In this document: positions 12,601 through 23,097 of the stretch, piece after piece
Layout: each line of letters opens with the position of its first letter
Position numbering within the stretch: the stretch's first letter is position 1
Source of the DNA: Zygnema circumcarinatum SAG 698-1b
Taxonomy: Eukaryota; Plantae; Zygnematophyceae
Length of the DNA: 64,000 nt
Assembly: GCA_037447605.1 (NCBI GenBank)
Contig: CM074819.1
Location: 2,365,331 to 2,429,330 of the forward strand
Direction of reading: 5' to 3'
Notes under the pieces: model-generated
What the model was told of the DNA's origin: nothing
The model's input: the letters and a program-made list of their open reading frames with translations, nothing else
Database searches by the model: none
Position numbers and translations under genes: made by a program

Positions 12601-14122
12601 GTAGCTTTTCCTGATTTCTAGCAAACTTACTTCTTTTCTTTCCAGACTTCTTTATGCCGCTACCCTTATTCTGACCATTTGGGACCCTTCCCTTAATCTT
12701 CCGTTCTCACCATTACGGCTCAATGCCTCATTCGGCCATCAAATTCTCCAATTCAATATCATGAAATTCTATGGACATGCCTGCCCTGCAGGTTCTTTAT
12801 GTTGCAGGCAATAGAATAAGTACGTACCTGCTCATACAGTGCATGAAACGCCTGCTTTACTGGCAAAGTTATGTCCAATGCTACGACCTGCGTAGCAATC
12901 ACAGCCATGATTGGAATGATTCAGACAAGAATAAAGTGTTTCAGTGTCCTGCGTCTGTGAGGGCCGCGACGCAGATATTTGTCTTTTCTTCCAGCTCCAT
13001 ACGCCACACTCTCTTTCCATGAACCACCGATGAAAGGGGTCCGAAATCTGCCTATTTCATGTAGTATGGATTCTACTACACATCCTAACACAGGTATAAT
13101 GAAAGCCGGTCCAGTTTCAGCCAATGTCCAATATTTTTGAACTCTCTGAAGCAAAAAAATGACCAACCAGACATAGGCTTCATAAGCTCTCAAAGGGTTA
13201 CAACATTCACCTTTCCGGATTCCGGAAGAAGCTCATGAGCATAGTGAGTGCTCAAAAAATCTGTAATTCGCTGTCGCGACGCCTCAGCATCAGCAGCAGA
13301 GACCGCTTCAGACGCCTCTGGCAACATACGGACGGGCGAGGCGAGGGCTGCTGAAGGGGCCTGAGCCTGCAGCAACTGCGAGTGTTGCCGTTGCTGTGGC
13401 TGGGAATGGGAGGGACTCTCCTGCACCAGAGGTAGCTGCAGGGGCGGCAGCGAGGCGTGCACTGGCTGAGGGACTTCTATAGGATCCACTTCCATACTGG
13501 CGCCGGCTCCGCCAGGCACCTGCTGCGTTTGAGGCGCCTCGGAAATGACGCTGGGCAAGAGGGGCTGCGAGTCTGCGGCCATGGAACGAGCTGTGGAAGG
13601 GGCGGATGCAGGCGCAGCGAGAGGCTGAGGCTCAGGGTCGCGCACGAGGAGCCAGTTGTTAACATTGCCGAGCGGGTCCGGCATGTACGCCTGCCTCTCA
13701 TCATGCCGCCATTCGCTATCCACAATAAACTTGTACTGCCCACACCCGCAGCCCTCCCAGAGCGTCCCTCTTGGCCTGCTGGCAGTGCACGCTAGCACCT
13801 TCATGCCACAGCAAAGCAGAAAAAGGGGAAATAAAGTGACGCATGTACCTGGTGGTAGCCAGGAGGAAGACTGCACACGACAGCGAAGACGTTGGCCACT
13901 CCTTCGACAGGCGCCATGGGAAGCGACTCGCGCCACCTGCATGCGGCGGTGCCGCGTCTGAATGAATAGAGTTGGCGAGGGAGAGAGAGAAGAGAAAGGG
14001 CGCTAGCGAGGCGGGGAGAGGGGCAACCTTGTGAAGGAGCCGCAGAGATGCACGTGGCGGCCGCCGTGAGGCCACACGAAGCGCGTGGGCACCAGCGGGC
14101 CGCCGTCGCCGCCGCCCATCAT
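9614..14122 (-). CDS. SNF4: SnRK1 beta-gamma subunit (CBM48 + 4 CBS); exons 14122-14028, 13936-13849, 13735-13211, 12887-12828, 12409-12320, 12202-12068, 11607-11463, 11300-11121, 10995-10932, 10111-10042, 9931-9814, 9708-9614
   Basis: CBM: [21 protein letters not shown]|[12 protein letters not shown]...YHQ|[15 protein letters not shown] motifs: [46 protein letters not shown]...[36 protein letters not shown]. Confidence 0.95.
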
Positions 14123-14205
14123 CGCTGCCTGCTCCGATACAGATACAGCTCCTCCTCCTCCGCTCTCTCTGGCGAGAAGCGGTGTCGGCTGCCTCCCTCG
14201 CACTC

Positions 14206-14298
14206 AGGGTTAGGGTTAGAGTTAGGGCCGGGGCCAGGGTTAGGGTTAGGGTTAGGGTTAGGGTTAGGGTTAGGGTTAGGGTAAGGGTTAGGATTAGG
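14206..14298 (+). repeat. Interstitial (TTAGGG)n telomere-like tract
   Basis: Seven perfect TTAGGG units (14240-14281) flanked by degenerate units. Confidence 0.95.
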
Positions 14299-14963
14299 TG
14301 CTGCTGAACGACGCGCAGTCATCATGAGCGTGTCCGCCTCCACCTCCGGTTAGGGCTAAGGGCCGCCCACCCGGTACCGTACCGCCCGCCCGCCCGCCGG
14401 GCCGTGCGGCAGCGGAACGCGGGCCGGAGCGGGGCGGGGGGGGGGGGCGAAGGTGATACGGCGAGTGCGGCCGTTGGCCGGGGAGGGAGAGAGGCCCGAG
14501 GTCCGAAGCCATCCGCCGGACGGACGGACCCCGCCTCCCCTCGGTCGCTGCCCCCTCCTCGCCTGCACCGGCCCTGCCCTCCAACCCAAACTCAAAGTTC
14601 GTTTCCGCCTTCGCATTATTGCCTACTTCTCCACTCTCTGCCTCAAATGCCTGCCGATGTTTCTCTGATGTACTTCTCCTGTCTGCTCTTTCTCCCCCCC
14701 TTTCATTTCTCTTTCCCTTTCCCACTTACTCCCTGCTTTGCGCCTCCTTAATACTATCTCCACATTCCTCCCCTCGCCTCTCTCCTCTCCTTTCTTTCTC
14801 GCTCCATGCACTAAAATGCTGTTTGCCGCTGAATTCTGAAGGATACACGGAATGAGAGATCACATTGTGGGAGGCATGCACTAATAGATGAATGCTAACG
14901 GTGAATCCTTTCCTCTTCCCTCTTTTACCCTCTCACCTTGCCTGTAGTCTTTCCTGAGCAGCC

Positions 14964-17774
14964 ATGGCGGCAGCCCAAGCTGCTGCTTTTGCAGCCATGG
15001 ATTCGATACCACGCAGCTGTGCAGCGCTTCCTTCCACCTCCTCGTCACTGAGGCGAGGGCCTTCCTTACTTCATGTTTCTGCCGCCAGGAGGGTGCGAGA
15101 CTAGGGTCCCTTTCCTCTTTCCCTTTCGCCCACCCCCTTGCTTTAATCTTCCTTGCCACTTTTTGAGGAACTCTCCTGCTTCTCGCACTCCCTCGTCTTA
15201 ACTTAGGTTCCCAGCTTTTTCGTTTAATGTGGCTTTCATTCGCTCCCTCTTCTGGAAAGATGGAAGCGCAGCGTAACACGCAGAACGGCTCTACTGAGGG
15301 GAAGGAGTAGGATTAGGGTTTTTAGGCTTCCCGCCTTGCAGGAGCTCGGGGGGCAAGGACTGCCTCGGCGCTGTCTGCAGCGTGTGTGAAGGAGATGAGT
15401 GAGGGGAGGGGTTTATGAGGGGGCCGTGCATAGTGAACTCCTCCTTTCTGGGAGAAAACGCTGAGACGCTGCGGGTGGCGATACTGTTGCTGCAGGCGCT
15501 GCCGTCTTTGAGGATTAAGGCCGCAAACGGAAAATCTGATGAGATTACAAAGGTCAGTCAAAAGCCATTGGTTTCTTCACTTGCTGCTCCCTCTTATCCC
15601 ATTACTTATTTCTTCCTCTTTTCTTCTTTTCCCTGCGAGGCACAGGAAGGTCTCAGAAACGTAAGAAACTCATGCTTTACCAGAAACGCAGAATTTCGGT
15701 TGTGTTGGACCTGGGGACAGGCGAGATGTTCTTCGTGTTGGAAAAAGTTCATGAGGAGTTACGCACTATAGAGCAGGCCATGACGAACAAAAAATGGAAA
15801 CGATAAATATTTTTTCAGTTTCGGTTCTGTTAATCATTAGAGCACACTGGACTCCAGAACTGTTTCAAACGAAATGCTTGTCGCGGGCCCGAGTCCGTTA
15901 ATCAACCAGACCAGATTATTGATGTTTTATGCCTGACAAGCATGGTAGGATATAGAGACATATGGAGGCAATTGATGAGTTGATGCACCTTTGATTTCTA
16001 GTATGTTTTGCGTAACCCTAATCGTTTTGTTTCCGTACACATATCTTGCCAAGACCATTTGGGAATGCAGGATACCAGACTGCAACAGGAAAAGGGAGTT
16101 GAGACACGGCTCATGTCTGCTGCAGTTGGAATGTTGCCGCTGATGTTGGCTTTTGTGGAAGCAGAGCTTCCAAGGGCCATCCCTGTGGAGACCTTTTACA
16201 GTGATTGGACACTTTCGGAATTAGCATTGAAGTCTTTTTGTAAGTGCATTTTGACTTCTCAATCCGCGGTAAATGTTTACTCATCTTGAACATACATCAA
16301 CTAGGAAAATGTAGAACTGATGCCAATTGGGCAGAGGATGAAGTCAGAGTCTAACAGAAAAGTGTATACCAGATTTCATTCTGTCTGCTGCTAGTTAATG
16401 GCTGAGTATTTGTTTTTTTGATGCAACGGCTTCTTCTGTTGGGGGGAATTGATGATGTTCATGTTGTTCAGCAGGGGATGGTCTTTTTTTCCTCAAATAT
16501 GTAGGCATTATCTGTGAATTTTGTTTGAGTCTTATAACGACCATAATGGCTGCATGCAGTAGCCTTCACTGTTCAAATTTTCTGTTGGAAGGCACCAATG
16601 TCGAAATGATTGACGAAACCATGTGGGGCTTTAATGGAGAAACTGGGCCAAACGCAACTAGGAATGCTTCAAATGTCCTTTCATTTTCATACAAGAAAGG
16701 ATACTATGTTTTGGCCTGTCGCCATGGTTTAGCCTGACTTGTCAAATGTATGGGGGGCTGTAGATATGATATTTGTTTGTGTATTCTCATGGGGAGCCGT
16801 CGTCTTCGCTTCTATGAATGTAAGTCGGCATCCATGAATTGGCTTCTCTTTTGCACTTTGGTGTGGTAAGTTTGCCAGAAATAGCTGCGGATGCCTGTGC
16901 ATGTAGCAGCCTCGCTTCGAATCATATGCTTCAAGGCCTCGTGGTGTGTTTAACCCTACAAACCCTGTAAGTAGCACAGGCATCGATTCCACAGACAGCG
17001 GGGCGGGCGGGCGGTTTTGCCGCCGATTCCATCATTCACACTTTGCCAAAAGCTTAACATACCAATCGCGCAAAACGCAGGCTGTGTGCGAATTGATTGT
17101 GCAGTTTTTGACTCGGGTCAAAGGCATGTTGATTCGTGGAAATCTAAGTTTCTGAGAAGTCGTGAAAAATTGACTGAGACTATAAACCCTAAACGGCCAT
17201 ATGGTGATTGTTGAACGTAGTTTTAGGCTTTTGCATTGGCTCCTGTGCGTGTATGCTTACAGTTTCAGATAGTGTGCTGCAGGATCCATACTATGAGAGT
17301 GATGAATATCGCAATGCTGGAGGAAATGGCACGCAGCATTGGATCTACACTAGAGTGAGTCGGCATGGCATGGACATTCCCTATGGACGGGAATTGAAAA
17401 TTGCGCACTGCCACAATGGGGAGGATTAGTGTGTTACAGGTCATGTTGTAGGCAGTGTGTTGTTTAGAAGTTTTAAGAATACGTTAGTGCTGAGTGAAGG
17501 CCTTGAAGCACACTTTAGGTCCATGTGTTTTGCTCTGATTGGTTTCCGTGTCTGACCCGTGTTAAAATCTGCAAATTTCATCGCAATTAATCTCCTGGAC
17601 AAGTGCACACTGCGTTGATTTCCTATTTCCTCGTCATTTGTGCAGGCTGAGGAAGAGGAACAAGAAGCGCGGGAAGAGCTTTGGAGGGAGGAGCTCCGCA
17701 AGGAAATTGAGGATAAACTAGGGGAGGTGAAAGAGTTGGAGAGTGCTGAAAAAAAGGAAAAAGAGCTTGTTTGA
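14964..17774 (+). CDS. Multi-exon gene for a putative plastid-targeted protein of unknown function; internal exon structure only partly resolved
   Basis: First exon MAAAQAAAFAAMDSIPRSCAALPSTSSSLRRGPSLLHVSAARR is Ala/Ser/Arg-rich like a transit peptide. Clear terminal exons: DPYYESDEYRNAGGNGTQHWIYTR (~17283-17354) and AEEEEQEAREELWREELRKEIEDKLGEVKELESAEKKEKELV* (17647-17774). Probable middle exon at ~16070-16240. Confidence 0.6.
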
Positions 17775-19988
17775 AAGCGTGGTCTGCGCTTATGCACGAT
17801 ATCCAGGGGTCCTAGCTGTTTCCCCAAGGAATTGATGCCCTGAGTGACATCCGTCTTTATTTCTAGTTGACTCGATTGTTGTGTACCTAATGACTTGCCT
17901 TCACAAAGACTATTCCAACGCTGTTACTATTGGATGGCAGCCATCCAACTAGGTGCAGAATAGTCAAAATGTGGTTGCAACATATGCTACTTTTGAGCAG
18001 GCAGTTTTAATCAAGGGTCGGGATTGGATATGTAAAAAAGGGAACAGCCTGGACAGTGAGCTATTGGAGAGAAGACTGCTCGATTGTCAGCAGTTGTGAT
18101 TTGTTCTTGTCGGAAGGGACGTGAAGGATGAACTTGCTGCTTTGCGGCACTTTGCCACTTTACATGGGGGCCGGCGTGCAATAAGTTTGCCAATCCTTCC
18201 TTTCTGCGGTTGGTGCTGATAGCACCCGGGAGCATAGGCCTCAGCTGGGCCTCAGGGTTTTGCTGGGGCATGTGACTTCCCTGCAGTTTTTGTGTCTGCT
18301 TTGGGTTCTTAGGGTTTTTCAGGGTTTTTAGGGGGTTTGGGGGTGTTCAGGGGTTTCCTATCCTCTGCCCTCACCCAGTGGACGGCAATGCAAGTGTTTA
18401 ATCAATCCGGCTAGCTATTTTTACTGATGAGTAAAGGTTCAAGATTCCGCGAGAACTGGCTGCTGCTGTACGACAGTTACCATCTACCTGTATTCATTAT
18501 TGCAATTTTCTTACAACACAGCAATAGCGAGAGTTAATTGGGTCACCTTCATTCGCAAAGTTCAGTAGGCAAAAGAAATGATGGGCTCTGATGTACATCT
18601 TCCTCTGTTCCCCTGCGGCCACTGGCTACGCAACAATTTAATCAAGTTGGCTGCAAAGAATTTGCTTTCAATAGAGATTTAGTTTAGCTCTAAGCCTCCG
18701 GGAGGATTGTCCGGTATTTTCCGAATGCTGCTTTGAAAGCTGCGAGTACATTTTAGGAGTAAAATGCAGCCGCATGCAGGCCAGCCAGCCAGCCTGTGTC
18801 TGATCTCCAGTTCATGCACTGCACAACTTCCACTAACAAACTTGGTCGAAAAGAGCAGCATTCCAAAGACAAAAAAAGCACCGGGTGGGCCACTTGACAC
18901 CCTCCAATTACCGAAAATAAGGAAACTGACTCCGACCTGTCCACTCGAACCTTCCGACGAGTACCCTCCTTCCACTTTGCAAAGACTTTGAAAATTTTGC
19001 TTGTTAGATAAAATTGAGGCGGCCTCGTTCATTTTTGCAAATTCATTTTGATTTTCAGGAATAATCAAAAAGCCACTTCTCTGCCAGGAGAAAAACACCT
19101 TTCAAAGAAGTTCAAATACTTCTGGATGACCTGGAAACACTGCATGAATTTTATGAACGCTCAATAATCCTGAAAAGCAAAACTCCTTGAGTACTGCATG
19201 CATTGATGCATTACGGTGAGCAACTTAAAGATAATGTCCTGGAATTAATGGGAAGTATTATAGCTTTCAGAAAATCTGGCCCTGCGTGGTTATTGTGTGT
19301 GCCAGGATGGAAGACGCTAAGTGACTCAAATCCACGGCCTGCAACGCCCTCATCCATCATCGCTAACTCCTATACGCTCAGGTCTAAACACTAGTCGACA
19401 AACACAGAACTACTTGGGTCAACCCGACATCCTTTTTAACTTGCAGCGATGTTGGATCATACACGACATGCAAACACGCGTATCATGCTAGCTATGTTTG
19501 CAATTTTCGGCGCAGTGCAATGCAGTCACATAAGCAGGAAGATACATACGCGTCAAGTGGCCCACGTATGAAAAAACACTGCAAGAAACTCAAGCGTATC
19601 AATCGACTGAGGATTTCTAATCCTCACGCCACTCAAGAAAGCTTGTTATAAAGAAAGTTTCTGAAAATTTCGGTCCATCAGGTTATTAGAAGGAACCATT
19701 TGAGTTTTCAAGGAGATCAGGTGAGGAATGAGCTAGAGACAAAATAGAGAGAGAGAGGGCGAGGGGTTCAGGGCTAAGCTCCCGATCATCGTGAATTTAT
19801 TTTGCGGGTAATTATCGATGAGAGGGCTCCAATTTACGGTCACTTGACGAGCAGCGACACACCCGCTAGGGCCGCCATTCACTGCTTAACACTTCGATGT
19901 CTACTGAATGAATGCACCTCGAAACATCCCAAAATTGACTGAGCATTCTCTCATTTGTCTCTCTCCCTCTCGCTGTCTGTGAGTGCAC

Positions 19989-20392
19989 TAGGGTTGGGGG
20001 CACGGTCCCCCTCCGACCCGTGCCCAGGGGCACGTGCCCCCCCCCCCCTTGGGGGGGGGGCATGCCCCTTTTTCGTGCCCCGTGACGTGACTGCATTGAG
20101 CAATTCAAATCGGCCCAAAAAAGAATATAATATTTTAAAAACGGTACGGATGAAGGTACGGAAAGTACAATCGTCACCGGCCCGGGCCCGGTCGTACGAG
20201 GTAAGCGTCACGTGACAGGGGGCACGGGGGGGCACGAAATATATGGGGAAAATTTTTGGAGGCGTGCCCCGGGCACGGACGGTCAAAAATGAGGGGCATG
20301 CCGCCCCCCCGGGCATGCCCCCCCCCGGGCATGCCCCCCCCCGGGCATGCCCCCCCCCCGGGCATGCCCGTGCCCCCGTGCCCCCAACCCTA
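19989..20392. mobile_element. Non-autonomous hAT-type MITE (404 bp)
   Basis: TIRs TAGGGTTGGGGGCACGG / CCGTGCCCCCAACCCTA; perfect 8-bp TSD GAGTGCAC at 19981-19988 and 20393-20400. Confidence 0.92.
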
Positions 20393-20521
20393 GAGTGCAC
20401 CCGCCCCCCCCTGCCTCTGCCACTCTGCCCGAATCCAGATACGCGACCACTCGTACCTTCCCAACTCCCCGCGCGCGACCGAGCCAGCGAGCGGTCTGTA
20501 CGGGCTCCAGCGGGAACAGCA

Positions 20522-20553
20522 TACAGTACAGTACAGTACAGTACAGTACAGTA
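20522..20553 (+). repeat. (TACAG)n microsatellite
   Basis: About six tandem TACAG units. Confidence 0.9.
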
Positions 20554-20820
20554 TTCCCGCGGCCGGACCGAAGATGCCCGGACTACAGGTCCGTATGTAT
20601 CGAACGCGTATATTAACAGTATATAATACGCCGTATAATACGTAACGCAAACTTTCATTGAACTCGCGATGGCGAGGCCATCAAATTTACATGGATAAAG
20701 GCAAAATGTGGAACCACGAAGGACTGGTCACAAAGGACCGAAACACAATAAAACGAAGCTAGGAGCAGAAAACTACGCCTAGGCACAACAACGCAGCCCT
20801 AGAAGCAGCCGCGAAGGTCA

Positions 20821-20962
20821 TGTTAGTGTTAGTGTATGATAGTTAGACATTGTATGGCACACACTAACTTGTTGTGGTACTCAGTTTGTAGAACATGAGA
20901 TCTGCTAGGCGTAGTGCTCTTAGATTTAGGAATGTCGGTGCTCTGACTCAGGTGAGTGCGCC
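20821..20962 (+). mobile_element. 5' fragment of a copia-family LTR, cut by an N gap
   Basis: Starts TGTTAG; aligns to 31867-31965 (GTGTATGATAGTTAG...CACACTAACTTGTTGTG...GTAGAACATGAGATC). Confidence 0.7.
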
Positions 20963-20972
20963 NNNNNNNNNN

Positions 20973-23097
20973 CAACCCTCTTGGAAGGTCATCAGGGAAG
21001 ACATCCCTGAATTCATCCAACAGAGGTTGGATCTGGGATGGAACAGCCGAGAGCACATCCGTGGATGTGATCTGCCATTCCTGATCTTCGTCATGAACAT
21101 CCTCAGTGGCTGTCATGACATGCACCATGAACAAGGTGCATCCCTCCTTAACTGCTTTGGCCAACTGCATAGCTGAGCACAGATAAGGAGTAGCAGGCTG
21201 CTTGACAGCAGAGGATGTGGCTCTGCCAGGGTGCAGGGTAAGCCGCCTGTCACCACTGTGCAGAATGCAATGTGGGACAGAAAAGTCCATTTGTGCCTTG
21301 ACCATGGTTAACCAAGCACTCCCCAAAATAACATCAGTTCCAGGGGCCAGTTGTGTTAGAAGACACTTGACTGCCCCGGAGTAGGATTGGAGCTTGATCT
21401 TGAGTGTGACGCTACCAGAGATCTGGCCCTTGCGTCCATCCCCGAAAGTAACACTTTCTGAATGGGGATCTGTGGTCAACCCAAATCTCTGGGTGAACGC
21501 AGAACTAACAAAGTTAGCATCTGCCCGATTGCTCAGAAGCTGGCGGGTGGCCATTTTGTGACGGCAGGGTCGTAACCCGCGATGCTTGGCAAGGTGGAAC
21601 ATAGGTCGCACTATATCGCGAGGTTGAGGGCAGACGTCCTCCACACCAATAATGTGAGGCCAACGGCAAGGCGGTGGATCCTTCCATCACAAGTGCACCA
21701 GCGTGTGCCCTTTCCTGGCCCCGTGTCACCAACGCCAAGTGGGGGTTTGCGGGAAGGTCTTGACGCCATGTCTTGAGGAACGGCACATACCTGGCCTGGG
21801 ATATATGGGAGGTGTTTCCCATGACATACGTACAAAACATCACATGGCGTGCATGAGAACATCGCCGTAGCCCATGACATTAGCGGATAAAGACATGCCA
21901 ATCACCATTCATCCACGACATCCGCCAAACCCGAGGAAGAGTCACTACGATTGGCGAGGGGAGGAAATGGAAACGAGGGGAGTGCATCACACACAAAAGG
22001 AGATGTACACGTTTCCCAAAAGGAGCACGCCAGCAATTTCAGAATATCCGAGGTTCTAAGAAACAAATGCTCCCTAGACACATGGCCGTCTCCATCCCCT
22101 CCCCTAACTAGCATGGCCACCAGCAAGCGACCCACTAGGCTGGCGGTGGGTTGCAGAATTTCGGCCCCCTTGCCCTTCACATCCTTGGCGTTGAGGAGGG
22201 CAATCCGGACTATGTGCCCCTCACTGCGGCAGCGAGTACTTGTTCTCCCACATTTGCATCTTCTCCATTTCCTCACGAGGTCAACCTGGCGGCCGTGCGG
22301 TGGGTGGGCGAGCTTTGCCATCTTGGCCGGGGCTGAGGGGTCCGCCTTCCACGACCCTATCCGCGTCCTTACATTTCTGCGAGGGGTAAGGGAAGGGGAG
22401 CACATACTTGAGGGGGCGGTGTCAATTTGAATATGGCTGCATCAAAGTAAATTTCGAGTCGGCCGGGGGTCCCGCGGTTTTGATCCACGTGGGTTAGTTA
22501 GGAATTTGCTTCCTTAGGTCAATGGCTTCAAGCCATTCTGAGAGTGGAAAAAGAACTCAGCTTTGTCGGGCTTGTGAGTGGTGATCGAGGCACCACTTGC
22601 GCCAGTCTCGCGGCGCGGCCATTTGCGGTTTGGACCATGTTACGAAACTTATCCGGGCCTTCCCAAGCGGGATCCAAGGCCCAAAGTGTTTGATAAGTTC
22701 ATCTCTGAACTTATCCCAATCGTCCCCAATCTCATCCGAGAGGCCCTCATACACCCTGTATGCGGCGCCTCGGAGTGCTGGGTAAGCAAAGCTTACCCAC
22801 TGGAGGGGGGGACAGTTGGTCGCCAGAAGGTAACCCTTCGTTTGACCCAACCACTGCTCGATAGAGCAGTCCGTGGCAGGACGTTCAGCCCCAAACGGAA
22901 ATCGGGGCCACCTTGGCCCGGTCCGTCGGGCATCCCTCCCGTGGAATTCTTGAGGAGAAGCGATCCGAGGCCCGGGATCTCCCCGCCCCGGCCGAGTACC
23001 CCGGCGGGGGTCCCCCCACTTCTTTGGGTGGTTATACCAGTGGGGGTGACTCCCCGTGGAAAAGCCAGGGGGTCCGGACTTCTGCCGGCTGCTTTCG
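20973..23097 (-). mobile_element. Degenerate Ty3/gypsy fragment: gag 3' part, gag-PR linker, protease
   Basis: Protease-region ADANFVSSAF...DVILGSAWL and [15 protein letters not shown]; gag-like sequence parallels 28.3-29.2 kb; many frameshifts. Confidence 0.8.

Noticed and set aside
17900-19800. Additional gene from short ORFs (18011-18271, 18679-19098)
   Set aside because: No recognisable motif or consistent exon chain.
19867-20801. Larger hAT-like element with TAGGGC..GCCCTA ends around the MITE
   Set aside because: Only ~9 bp of imperfect match, and the 8-bp flanks differ (ACACCCGC vs GAAGCAGC).
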